IMG/VR virus record: IMGVR_UViG_3300042858_000011
Location: 24,010-88,009 of that record
Reading direction: 5' to 3' (one strand)
Source: a virus
Lineage: Duplodnaviria > Caudoviricetes
DNA: 64,000 nt
Each line of letters begins with the position of its first letter. Position 1 is the first letter of the stretch. The position numbers and the translations under genes are program-made. Below are positions 11,147 to 20,982 of the stretch, one piece after another. A model generated the notes under the pieces. The model made no database searches. It had not been told where the DNA came from and was given only the letters and a program-made list of their open reading frames with translations.

Positions 11147-11249
11147 AATAAAAAATTTAGATATGTTAGAATCCAAGCATTGCTAAATAATTTGTAGTTG
11201 TTTTACTTAGTATTGTTATATCATTTGCTTTTGATGTAACTTTTTTATA

Positions 11250-12545
11250 CTATTCATTATTTATACTCCCTTCAACGAATTGCTTTGGAATAGCTATTAC
11301 AAGTCCTATTGGTAAATCTCTGAAGTAAGTTATTTTATTTGTTTTTTTGCTTTTGACTCTAATTGTTATATTTGCATCAACGCTATCACCATCAAAGTCT
11401 CCTCCCAGTGGTGCACAAGCTAACGGATGTATTTGTATTGTATCTTGATCTGCTATAACTGGTTTTGCTGCTAGCCAAGATGTCTTATGCAAAGCTGGGT
11501 CTCTTTTATAAACCACTACAGCATCTGGTAAAACATCTTGCTCTAAAACCTTTCTAAAGAAGTTTATCAATTCTTGTGGAAACAGAGTAGGATAATTGGA
11601 AATCTTGTTTATAAGCTTAGTTATATCATTAACAGCAGGTTTAATCTCTTGTCTTGCAGTTTTTGTTATCTCTATAAATTCTTGTTTGTGTTTTGTTAGT
11701 ATGCTATTAATTATTTGTGGCTTGTATAGTTGCAACAGAGCTGTAAATGGAATAGCAATTTGGTCTATCTCAAGATTTGGATTAGGACTAATAACAGATC
11801 TTGCTGTGTAGTTAACTGTTTTGCTAGCAAGTTGTTCTCTAATAAAACCTGTTTTTGTTCCAAATTGTTCTGCTAACAAATCTATTAGTTTAACGATCAA
11901 CCTATACAATTTTGAGCTATTAGCATTACCAACTTCAAAAGTTTTGTTTTGTTCTATTATTTTTGAGTAAACATCTGTTAACGGATGTATTGATATTTTG
12001 TTGTCTATCTTTGAGTAATCTCTCCAACCAGGAGGAAGCACAATTATTTTGTTTGTTATCAAATTCTCAACTTTATTGTTTGATAATTTGATTATCTCAT
12101 TTATTAACTGACCGGATACACTATTCTGTTGAGCAATATACTCAATCAATTTAATCAGTTTGTTTTTCTCAAAGAAGTCTGCGAAGCCTTGCATCAAGAT
12201 TTTATGATTTGTGTAGCTAATCTCTTTCTCATCTTCCAAAACTAAATTCCCTTCTTCATCAATTGCTAAAATCCTATCTGGTCTGTTTCTGAATGCTCTG
12301 ATTGTGGGTAAATTATCCAGAATCATCAACACAGGAAACTTAGGGATATATACATTCAACGGTATATATCCCATTTGCTCAAACCATTTTGAACTTTTTC
12401 TCTCACCAAATAGATATTGTGAGTACAATCCATTTATTTGGCTCAGTAACTTTTGTTCATTTAAGTTTGCAGGTAATGGTTCCATAATAGCTGGAGCATT
12501 ATGCTCCTTAATAAATTGTTCCACATTTAGTAGTTCAAAAATCAT
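11250..12545 (-). CDS. phage RNA polymerase beta'-like subunit, N-terminus to catalytic motif, ending in putative split-intein N-half
   Basis: GLYSQYLFG, MGYIPL, VLPPGWR, ARSVISPNP, KRDPALH, catalytic GGDFDGD; terminates 44 aa later. Confidence 0.92.
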   Translation of the reverse strand: MIFELLNVEQFIKEHNAPAIMEPLPANLNEQKLLSQINGLYSQYLFGERKSSKWFEQMGYIPLNVYIPKFPVLMILDNLPTIRAFRNRPDRILAIDEEGNLVLEDEKEISYTNHKILMQGFADFFEKNKLIKLIEYIAQQNSVSGQLINEIIKLSNNKVENLITNKIIVLPPGWRDYSKIDNKISIHPLTDVYSKIIEQNKTFEVGNANSSKLYRLIVKLIDLLAEQFGTKTGFIREQLASKTVNYTARSVISPNPNLEIDQIAIPFTALLQLYKPQIINSILTKHKQEFIEITKTARQEIKPAVNDITKLINKISNYPTLFPQELINFFRKVLEQDVLPDAVVVYKRDPALHKTSWLAAKPVIADQDTIQIHPLACAPLGGDFDGDSVDANITIRVKSKKTNKITYFRDLPIGLVIAIPKQFVEGSINNE

Positions 12546-12578
12546 TGATTTTGATTGCTCAAGAAAACAGCAAAAAAA

Positions 12579-14135
12579 CTAAAGCATATCTTTGATTGAT
12601 TTTACGAATTTATTCACATATTCTTGTTCCAAGCCAACTACATAATTTTGAACAAAGTTTATTGCTTCATCGCTATCCTCAACAACAATCACAGACGCAT
12701 TTTTTGCTTTATTAACAACAAGCATAACAATATCCAAAGGTAAATGTTGTCTCAATTTGTCTGATAACTCATTTAAAAACTTTAGTGAATATTTTCCTTT
12801 TAGTGATAGACCTCTGCTTCCATGACTGAACACAGGACCAACTATTAGATTGTATAGCAACATACCAAAGATATGCGGTGCAATTGACTTTAATATTTTT
12901 TCAGCTTCACTTCTGTTTTTAGCCGCTTTCAATATGGATATTAAATCATTGCTAGTTAATGTTGTAGTTTTCCAAGCAACCATACCTGATATATCTCGTA
13001 ATGTTGTAAGATCAAGATTTGCATTATAATCTTTCAATATACTTATTAACTCCATTTTTATGATATGTTCCAACATAGTTAACTTAACCTCTCCTCTACA
13101 TATACGTTTAAACAGATTTATCAAATACTCATTCAAAAAGTCTGGATTTTGTCTATTCAAAAAGCCTGCTAGCTTATACTCATCAGTCTGAGAGTTATAT
13201 AGGAAATATCTCTTCTTAACTCCTGTTCCAAATGCAGAGTCTCCAACAAATTCCAATTTAACTTTTGGATAATGTGCTAGTACTTTTTGTTTGTATGTGT
13301 TTGTAGCAAATCTATGAGCATAAGTGTAAACCAAGGGTAAAATACTATTATTCAAAACATCTTCATGCAAAATATCATATTTATCGTAAACAAAGAAGCT
13401 ATCTGTATCGTTATACATTATGAATTGAGTATTTGCATCAAACTTTTTACGAGCGCTAATAAAATCATTTATATTAACAGACAAATCATTAATATTTTTT
13501 GTTTGTATATAACGATTAATCAAAGCTGATGTTGTTAGAGATATATATTGTCCTGTTATTGTTATGGCTTCAGCAATGTATATATTGTAGAATGGAAATG
13601 AATCTGTTCCGAAGACACCGTACATGCTATTCATGGCAAGTTTGGTTGCATTCTGTATGAGATCTGCAACTTGATCGCCTTGCTTTGCCTTTGCCTTATA
13701 TATATCTCTCATTTTAATCCATTCAACTAAAGTCTTTTCTAGTAAGATAGATAACTGATTACCATTTGTTAGTAATCCATTAGGAGTAACAATTATGTTT
13801 TTGTTTTGTATTAAGTCCAGTAAATCTTGTCCATTCATTTCATGATTGGTAAATCGTTTTGTTGTTATAAACCATTTGTATTTGACAATTTCATCATACA
13901 ATCCAAACCAAAACAATGTTCCAAATATCCTACCTGCAAACCTACCTTTTGCAAAATTATTCCAATAGGATAAATCAGCTTCATTATTTGTTTCAATACA
14001 TAACAATTCTTGCAAGTATTTCTCTTCGTTTTTTATGTTTGATCCTGATACAAATCCATGAACATCTAGAATATTGTTTGCTACCATGAGATTTGGATAT
14101 AGTGAATTTACGTCAAAAACTTTTATTGTTGGCAT
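12579..14135 (-). CDS. family B DNA polymerase, C-terminal polymerase half (split enzyme)
   Basis: Begins at motif A (FDVNSLYP); KLAMNSMYG, YNDTDS, KKRY; no exonuclease domain. Confidence 0.92.
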   Translation of the reverse strand: MPTIKVFDVNSLYPNLMVANNILDVHGFVSGSNIKNEEKYLQELLCIETNNEADLSYWNNFAKGRFAGRIFGTLFWFGLYDEIVKYKWFITTKRFTNHEMNGQDLLDLIQNKNIIVTPNGLLTNGNQLSILLEKTLVEWIKMRDIYKAKAKQGDQVADLIQNATKLAMNSMYGVFGTDSFPFYNIYIAEAITITGQYISLTTSALINRYIQTKNINDLSVNINDFISARKKFDANTQFIMYNDTDSFFVYDKYDILHEDVLNNSILPLVYTYAHRFATNTYKQKVLAHYPKVKLEFVGDSAFGTGVKKRYFLYNSQTDEYKLAGFLNRQNPDFLNEYLINLFKRICRGEVKLTMLEHIIKMELISILKDYNANLDLTTLRDISGMVAWKTTTLTSNDLISILKAAKNRSEAEKILKSIAPHIFGMLLYNLIVGPVFSHGSRGLSLKGKYSLKFLNELSDKLRQHLPLDIVMLVVNKAKNASVIVVEDSDEAINFVQNYVVGLEQEYVNKFVKSIKDML

Positions 14136-14165
14136 AAATGAAAATTTAGATTGGATGCAAAAAAA

Positions 14166-14187
14166 CAAGCCGCCTAAATTTTTTTGT
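14166..14187 (+). promoter_or_regulatory. representative class-I phage promoter motif CA-N6-CTAAATTT-N6-ATG
   Basis: caagccgcctaaatttttttgt-ATG; same geometry before about 31 genes in window. Confidence 0.8.
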
Positions 14188-15186
14188 ATGCTAGACGTTA
14201 GGAATATCTTTAACTACTATGTATATAAGCCTATTTATTACAAACGAAATCACATATTAATACGGTGTCCTTTCTGTGGAGACAGTGTTAAAAATGTTAT
14301 GCATGCTCATTTGTATATTGAACCAGATTTGATGGTATTTTGGTGTGCAAGATGTTATGAAGGTGGTTCGCTAGCCTATCTGCTAACCAAAATCAGAGAC
14401 AGATTTTCAATTGATGTAAATCCGATAATAAACCAATTACGTAATGTTATAGTTAGTAATACTAGCTTACAAAAATCAAAACAAATAAACTTAGATATAA
14501 CTTACATTGAGATGCAAAAACTAAAACAAAAATTAAGTCAAGAATCTATTGCTAGGTATAGAAATGAGCTAGAGTATTACTTCATCAAAAAGCAAATCAA
14601 TATCAGTGAACATGTATTACATCAATTACCGATTGCTATGTATGATGTAGTGTACGATTATTTGCTACCACATAAAGATAGATTGGATAATTCACTAGTC
14701 GTATTTACAATCGGTAGTAGAGTAATTTACAGATATGATTATTTGAGTTTGTTACATAACTTCAAAACAGAAAGAAGGTTTATGAATCTCTATCTAGCAA
14801 TAGGTAAAAGCTATCAAGCTCTACAATATAGTTTGTTTACATTGCTACCATACAACTTTGATAGAAAGTTTTATCAATCATACAATCTAAGCAGAAAAAA
14901 TTTACTACTTGTTTCTGAAGGATTAACTGATATGATATTGTATGCAGAACATTTACTAACAAGTGTAGATACACCAATAACTTGCTTAGTGTTAAATGGT
15001 AAATGGTATGAAATTATAAAAGACTTTGAACCTTTGTTTGACAATATTACAGTAATTGTTGATAATGATGCTGCAACTAAAGCATACATAGCTGGTCTCA
15101 AGATAAACAGTAAACTAAGTTTTGTTATACCAGTTACAGGTAATGATCTTAGAGAGAGTAAAAAATATCTTGAAGTAGAAATTTAA
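14188..15186 (+). CDS. DnaG-type DNA primase (zinc finger + TOPRIM)
   Basis: CPFCGD...WCARC zinc finger; SEGLTD and VDND TOPRIM motifs. Confidence 0.85.
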   Translation: MLDVRNIFNYYVYKPIYYKRNHILIRCPFCGDSVKNVMHAHLYIEPDLMVFWCARCYEGGSLAYLLTKIRDRFSIDVNPIINQLRNVIVSNTSLQKSKQINLDITYIEMQKLKQKLSQESIARYRNELEYYFIKKQINISEHVLHQLPIAMYDVVYDYLLPHKDRLDNSLVVFTIGSRVIYRYDYLSLLHNFKTERRFMNLYLAIGKSYQALQYSLFTLLPYNFDRKFYQSYNLSRKNLLLVSEGLTDMILYAEHLLTSVDTPITCLVLNGKWYEIIKDFEPLFDNITVIVDNDAATKAYIAGLKINSKLSFVIPVTGNDLRESKKYLEVEI

Positions 15187-15202
15187 TGAGCACATTTTTT
15201 GA

Positions 15203-16096
15203 ATGATAGATTTACTACAACAAAACTATTCTAAATTGAAAGCAATAGAAGAGTTTAGTTTTAAACATATGCTTAGTTCATCAGCAGCTAAAGACTTTGT
15301 TGATAACTTAGTTGCAGAACAAAACAACCCATATTTAAGCAAGATATACAATCATCTTATAGATAACAACATATTAGTTATAACATATGACAGAGATTTG
15401 ATTAGCAGAACTATAACATACTTTCTTGGTTTAATAGTTAGAGGTCCTATGGTTTTAGGTTTCCATAGTCCAGAGAATAAAAAGATTTATTTGTTGCTAG
15501 ATAACAACTACATAGTATCCAAGCATACAAACCAACATATTAATAAGAGAATTATACAAACATTAATACATGAAACTGTTCATTATTTTGCTACAGTAAA
15601 ACCAAAAGAATTTTGTGAACAATTTGATACAATAATACAACGATTCTTCAAACTTGTTTTCTCAAACATAGACCCTAGGTTGGAGTATTATAAAATTGCA
15701 GATAGTTATTATGATTTGTTATATAACAGTAGAAAACAAATCTTTACAAAAAGTTATTATCAGACTTGGTTTGATACATTTATAAACTATGGGCGTGATG
15801 AAGTATTAAATGCTTTTGTTAAAGATTCACAGTATGATAAGGCATTTAACTACATGATTAAACATCCAGTTTATTTAAAGATTGTTGCTACACTCTATGT
15901 GGCAAATGGAAAAAGAGAAGCTATACCCTATTCTTTCTTTGCTGATATGTATAATGCCTATGTTAAGCTAACAGGTCAGTTAACAATTAACCTATACTAT
16001 CAGGAGTTATTTTATCCCGATGAAGTAATATGTGTGCTATCAGAAACAGATAAAAAGAGAGACAATATATTACAAAAGTTGTTACACTTGATCTAA
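15203..16096 (+). CDS. putative zincin metallopeptidase
   Basis: TLIHETVHY HExxH motif; AGC-class motif. Confidence 0.6.
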   Translation: MIDLLQQNYSKLKAIEEFSFKHMLSSSAAKDFVDNLVAEQNNPYLSKIYNHLIDNNILVITYDRDLISRTITYFLGLIVRGPMVLGFHSPENKKIYLLLDNNYIVSKHTNQHINKRIIQTLIHETVHYFATVKPKEFCEQFDTIIQRFFKLVFSNIDPRLEYYKIADSYYDLLYNSRKQIFTKSYYQTWFDTFINYGRDEVLNAFVKDSQYDKAFNYMIKHPVYLKIVATLYVANGKREAIPYSFFADMYNAYVKLTGQLTINLYYQELFYPDEVICVLSETDKKRDNILQKLLHLI

Positions 16097-16106
16097 ATTT
16101 TTTTGT

Positions 16107-17699
16107 ATGAGTAATTTGACATATAAACCGACACAGTTATTAACTGCTACTATGTTATGCGTTCCATTTCTAAGATTTAACGATCCAAATAGATTGCAGA
16201 TGGCTTCCAACCATCTAAGACAATCTCTACCTTTGGTTAATGCTGAAATTCCGAGGATAAGAACTGGATTTGAGAATGTAATTGTTAAGAAAGCAGAAAG
16301 CTTTTACATTGAGACAAATACTTTTGAGAAAATTGATGAATTTATAGTTAAAACAGATGAAGGTTTGAAGTTTAATGCTATGTTTTTAAAATATGATGAG
16401 AAATTAAAAGTTGCATACAATCCTTATCATATATGTTTTGTCAGAGATATTGTTAGCGGTGGTTGGTGTCCTGAGCTCAAACTAGGAGTAAATGCTTTAG
16501 TTGGTTATATGTCTTACTATGGTTTCAACTATCAAGATGCCGTAGTAATATCTGAATCTTTTGCTAAAAGACTAAAACATATCGAGAGAAAAGTATTTAT
16601 TATTAGATTGCCTGCAAATAGTCAATTAAAACATATCAGTAGTAATGACAATACTATTAGTTTGATACCAATACCAGGTAAAACATACAATACACTAATA
16701 TCCTATGAGTATATTGAAGCAGGTGTATTACAACGAAAACAAATTAATGTTGACAATTTGCTTGTAGTTGATGTAAGAGTTAAAGCTCTACCAAATTACA
16801 GATTACCTGCATCAGTAGCAGAATTCATCAAGAAAGCAAAGAAACCATTCAAACTAGCAAAATTAGAAACAGAACCTACACAAAAATATCCTATTGTTAT
16901 ACAAATAATTGGTTATGTTACCAGAGAAGCAACAATAGGAGATAAACTAACAAATAGACATGGAAACAAAGGAGTCATTGGCTTGATTGTTCCTGATGAA
17001 GAAATGCCCAAAACAAAAGACGGAAAGATATTAGATATATTGTTCTCTCCTCTTTCTGTTCCATCCAGAATGAACCTAGGCCAATTAATGGAAAATTTGC
17101 TTGCAAAAATTGTCGTTAAGGTTGAACAACAGGTATTAGATTTGCTTAATAGGAATATGAGGGATAAAGCTCAAAAAATGTTGCTAGACTTTTTAAAGAG
17201 AGTTGAAAAACGAAGTTCATTTCATCATTTAATTGACAATGTTTTAACTAAAAGATGGGATTTATTGGAGTATAACCTAACAAAATATGGATTGAGCATC
17301 ATACAACCACCTTTTAGTGAATTGAATGCAGAAGAGATAAAACAATTAGCCAAAGACTATAATGTCAAGGAAATAGATTATGTTAGAGTAGACAATTATG
17401 ATGTTAGCATCAATGTGGGTTATCAAACTATATTAAAACTAGAACATTTAGCATCAAGCAAAGTAACAGGAGCAGGCATAACAAACAATGAATACACTAA
17501 TCCACAAAGAATCGGAGAAATGGAAACTTGGAATATCATTGCTCACGATTATGATGAAATTAAGAGATTATTCCGCAGAAGTTATGAATTTGAAAAACTA
17601 TCCTACTATAGCGATAAGTTTGGCTTTGATAGTTATATATTCAAACCTGATGTAAATAATGTATATCAAGTTTACAAGAAAGTTTTATTCAATGAGTAA
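16107..17699 (+). CDS. phage RNA polymerase beta-like subunit, C-terminal part
   Basis: RLQMASNHLRQ, GFNYQDAVVISE, IGDKLTNRHGNKGVI, PLSVPSRMNLGQ, KLEH, QRIGEMETW. Confidence 0.95.
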   Translation: MSNLTYKPTQLLTATMLCVPFLRFNDPNRLQMASNHLRQSLPLVNAEIPRIRTGFENVIVKKAESFYIETNTFEKIDEFIVKTDEGLKFNAMFLKYDEKLKVAYNPYHICFVRDIVSGGWCPELKLGVNALVGYMSYYGFNYQDAVVISESFAKRLKHIERKVFIIRLPANSQLKHISSNDNTISLIPIPGKTYNTLISYEYIEAGVLQRKQINVDNLLVVDVRVKALPNYRLPASVAEFIKKAKKPFKLAKLETEPTQKYPIVIQIIGYVTREATIGDKLTNRHGNKGVIGLIVPDEEMPKTKDGKILDILFSPLSVPSRMNLGQLMENLLAKIVVKVEQQVLDLLNRNMRDKAQKMLLDFLKRVEKRSSFHHLIDNVLTKRWDLLEYNLTKYGLSIIQPPFSELNAEEIKQLAKDYNVKEIDYVRVDNYDVSINVGYQTILKLEHLASSKVTGAGITNNEYTNPQRIGEMETWNIIAHDYDEIKRLFRRSYEFEKLSYYSDKFGFDSYIFKPDVNNVYQVYKKVLFNE

Positions 17700-17726
17700 T
17701 CTTTTTTTATTACAGCACAAATGTAG

Positions 17727-18392
17727 ATGCATATAACAGAAGTAGTTGAGTATGTAAAAGGTATGCTAACAGGCTATGCAATTGATTTGGAGATAGATGA
17801 TCAACAAATACAGAACATCATAAAAAATAGTGTCATATCGATACTAAACCAATATGTTCCACAAGTTAAGATCAGAACAATACCTCAAGCAAATTTTGAT
17901 AATACAACTTGGACTGTGGAATTACCTGAACAACAAGTTGTTAATATATTACATGTTAGCACGAAGCCATTTCCTCTGTATCCGTTATTATTGGCTAATC
18001 AACAAAGTTTGATAGTTGCTCAAGAATTTGTTTCGAATAGAATTATAGATAGTTACTCCTATATATATGATGTTAGATTTAGTTTCATACCTCCAAACAA
18101 ATTACAACTATACAGTCAACCAATGTCTGATATAGTTGTAATGTATAGTTGCAGTTACAAAGATGATTTATCGGATGTCCCAAACAGTCTTGAATATTTG
18201 GTTAAAGCTCTTGCTCTTGCAAACGTTAAAATAGCAATAGGCAATATACGTACAAAATATCAAAGTTTCGACACTCCATTTGGAAGCATAACACTAGCAT
18301 ATGATATAAAACAAGAGGGTATGGATGAACTGAGAACAATAATAGAGGAATTGAAAGTATCTCCTCCACCTATACCCGTTATAGTAGTGTAA
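17727..18392 (+). CDS. neck/head-tail adaptor protein (T4 gp13-like)
   Basis: IDLEIDDQQI N-terminus and KALALANVKIAIGNIRTKY...GSITL...KQEG C-terminus. Confidence 0.75.
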   Translation: MHITEVVEYVKGMLTGYAIDLEIDDQQIQNIIKNSVISILNQYVPQVKIRTIPQANFDNTTWTVELPEQQVVNILHVSTKPFPLYPLLLANQQSLIVAQEFVSNRIIDSYSYIYDVRFSFIPPNKLQLYSQPMSDIVVMYSCSYKDDLSDVPNSLEYLVKALALANVKIAIGNIRTKYQSFDTPFGSITLAYDIKQEGMDELRTIIEELKVSPPPIPVIVV

Positions 18393-18421
18393 GTATAGCA
18401 ACTTGTCTAAATTTATATTAC

Positions 18422-18829
18422 ATGAGTACTTCTACTTTAAGACAAGGACTCTATACGATTGTCAGAGATCGTGAGAGCGGCAAATTGGGTTTATGCGCGC
18501 CATTCACTGTCAGGAATGTTGTATTACCTCTAAACATTAATCAATATAAAATCCATTTCATAACAAGATTTGACGAAAACAAACATGAAAAAATAATAGA
18601 GGTATTTCTGATAGATGAAGAATTACAGAAACAATTGAAAAATATGTCTCCATATGGTGTTTATATTATACAAGATATAGAAACAAATTATTATGGCTTA
18701 AATGTACCTTTTTATTTCAGATATGAAACTCCATTTCAATTAAGAGTTGATGGACAAATATACACCATCGCATTCATACGCTATGGTAAGATAAAAGATA
18801 AAAAGTACAAAAAAGTAGCAAGAATATGA
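18422..18829 (+). CDS. hypothetical protein
   Basis: CAA-N5-CTAAATTT motif upstream. Confidence 0.65.
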   Translation: MSTSTLRQGLYTIVRDRESGKLGLCAPFTVRNVVLPLNINQYKIHFITRFDENKHEKIIEVFLIDEELQKQLKNMSPYGVYIIQDIETNYYGLNVPFYFRYETPFQLRVDGQIYTIAFIRYGKIKDKKYKKVARI

Positions 18830-18846
18830 AAAAATCTCTTTTTTTG

Positions 18847-19878
18847 CTAGGCTAGGTTTGTGGATAATAACACTACTAACAAATCTCTGTATAACGGATG
18901 ACTCTCATCAAGATATGTAGATAGGTTATTTGATAGTTCATTTGCAAAAGTTGTTAATCTATCATCTTCTATGTCAAATGAAGTTGTGTAGTATATGTAT
19001 GCTCTTGGATTAGTAGCAAACAGTGTAGCTAGAAATTCAATTAACTGATTTGAGACATTACCAAATGTTATAGTTATTCCTGATGGCGTATTTGTTAGCA
19101 ATGCTTCCAAGGATTGTAAGTATTGATCTCTTGTAATGGTAGGCTGTATCGTTTCAGGTAGAATAGCAATTCCTACTAGTAAATCCTTAACTCCGCTTAT
19201 AGCGTTATCGCAATACGGAGATCGTATTAGGTTAGTGTAAACATGATCATAAAATCCTATTATATCCAATAGAATTCTACAAGAATCACCTGTTAAACAC
19301 TCAGACCTGTAAATTTGTGAACTAAAACAAATTGGTGTTTCTACATTATCATTTATACATATGAATGTATCTGTATGTATGGTACAGGATTGTTCGTAAA
19401 ATTGTTCCTCGTATTCCAAAAATCTGTTATCAATCTCATGTAACATCAAGTATAAAATTTTGTAAATAGTTGCCATCTGTTTATTGTGTTGTTCAATATA
19501 ATCTAGCAAATCATAAACATATTTATCTCTTTGTGAAACAAAACAAATTGATGTTTCTACATTATCATTTATACATATGAATGTATCTGTATGTATGGTA
19601 TAGGATTGTTTTAGAAAATCGTAAAATTGTTTTTTGTATTCCAAAAATCTGTTATTAATCTCATAGACCGAATCACAAATTGTACTCATACTGTTTGTAG
19701 AATTCAAGCAAATATTATTGGTAAAACCTAAATGTAAAAGGAAAAGTTCGTCTTTTTGATTGTTATATAGTATGTTCTCAACTAAAACAGAACAATCAAT
19801 ATTATCTGAGTCTTCATTACTACAACTTGAACAATATATATTTCTAATCAAGTCAACTATATAAAAATATTGCTTCAT
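18847..19878 (-). CDS. Cys-rich hypothetical protein with internal duplication, probable virion protein
   Basis: AGC-class motif; duplicated TIHTDTFICINDNVET segment. Confidence 0.6.
   Translation of the reverse strand: MKQYFYIVDLIRNIYCSSCSNEDSDNIDCSVLVENILYNNQKDELFLLHLGFTNNICLNSTNSMSTICDSVYEINNRFLEYKKQFYDFLKQSYTIHTDTFICINDNVETSICFVSQRDKYVYDLLDYIEQHNKQMATIYKILYLMLHEIDNRFLEYEEQFYEQSCTIHTDTFICINDNVETPICFSSQIYRSECLTGDSCRILLDIIGFYDHVYTNLIRSPYCDNAISGVKDLLVGIAILPETIQPTITRDQYLQSLEALLTNTPSGITITFGNVSNQLIEFLATLFATNPRAYIYYTTSFDIEDDRLTTFANELSNNLSTYLDESHPLYRDLLVVLLSTNLA
19324..19664. repeat. intragenic direct repeat (19324-19439 vs 19540-19664)
   Basis: 71-bp core with 2 mismatches plus an adjacent block offset by a 9-bp indel. 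Confidence 0.9.
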
Positions 19879-19911
19879 GTTGGTAGTTGCTTACTGATTA
19901 GCACAAAATTT

Positions 19912-20724
19912 ATGCTTGCACAGCAAAAGCCAATATCATCTAAGCTAAGAAACAAGCTATTGGTATTGATAAATAGATTAGGAGTAAGAAGTTTGAATGA
20001 TCTCATACTAAATCAAAAAATAAACAAGAAATTTTACAAGTATGTATTTGACATACATGTTAATGCAAACGATATTAGTGAAACTCTTGTTAACAATCTA
20101 TACACAAACATAAAGCAATTTTATGCAAAACATGGATTAAATATAACTTTAAATAGTTCAGATATTGCAACTCTGATAGGACTTAGGGCTGGAACCTATG
20201 CAACCTTAAAGCTTATTAAACAAAAAGTTTTGTTTGATGAAAATTATGCTCAGATAAAACCTAGTTCTGATGTGACAATAGATAGTTTTATAGAATCTGC
20301 TATTACAACAAAGGATTACAATATATCTTACTTCTTACTGTATTTGGATTATACACCTGATGATTTATTAAATTTGTTGCTTGATGGTATTAACATACTT
20401 ACAAAAGCAGACAAGTATGATAGCGATTACAATTTTGCTGCTGTAACAATGATTTTGTATATATCCATGATTGTTAAAACTATTCGTGATAGTTATAATA
20501 GATTGGTTAGATCGTCTCCACTATATGGAACAATATTGTATTTATCCTTCATGATAAGATATTATGTTATATTATTGGATTTGAGAAACAATTTAAAAAA
20601 TATAATGACTAAAATTAGTGACACTGAAATAGAGGGAACAACATTAAAGAAATATAAACAAATAAAACAGGATTATCTCAGATTTCTAATACAACCCACA
20701 AAAATTTATCCATCAAGCATGTAA
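19912..20724 (+). CDS. hypothetical protein
   Basis: AGC-class motif 12 nt before MLAQQK start. Confidence 0.65.
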   Translation: MLAQQKPISSKLRNKLLVLINRLGVRSLNDLILNQKINKKFYKYVFDIHVNANDISETLVNNLYTNIKQFYAKHGLNITLNSSDIATLIGLRAGTYATLKLIKQKVLFDENYAQIKPSSDVTIDSFIESAITTKDYNISYFLLYLDYTPDDLLNLLLDGINILTKADKYDSDYNFAAVTMILYISMIVKTIRDSYNRLVRSSPLYGTILYLSFMIRYYVILLDLRNNLKNIMTKISDTEIEGTTLKKYKQIKQDYLRFLIQPTKIYPSSM

Positions 20725-20726
20725 AA

Positions 20727-20942
20727 TTATACTACATCTTCGGCTTTAACAGGAACAAGTATTATATCTGCCATAATCGCTTCACAATTATTCTTTTCTT
20801 CTTCATCTAACTCAATAATTTCTCCTGGATATATGTAGTCGAGTTTACGAATAGGATTATCTTCTTTTACATCTAGCATGCTAATCAATATTGGTTGACT
20901 TGATCCACTTTTACGATTGATGATATATTTTTGTCTACGCAT
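20727..20942 (-). CDS. small hypothetical protein
   Basis: 71 aa, AGC-class motif 14 nt upstream. Confidence 0.65.
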   Translation of the reverse strand: MRRQKYIINRKSGSSQPILISMLDVKEDNPIRKLDYIYPGEIIELDEEEKNNCEAIMADIILVPVKAEDVV

Positions 20943-20982
20943 TGTAAATAGATGCTAAATAGGTAAAAAAGCTAACAAGGTT

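Noticed and set aside
11166-11252. Genome-wide TAG stop-codon reassignment (frame continues past the beta' TAG)
   Set aside because: Conserved genes are intact in the standard code, and other genes end at TAG followed by T tracts (e.g. 30453)
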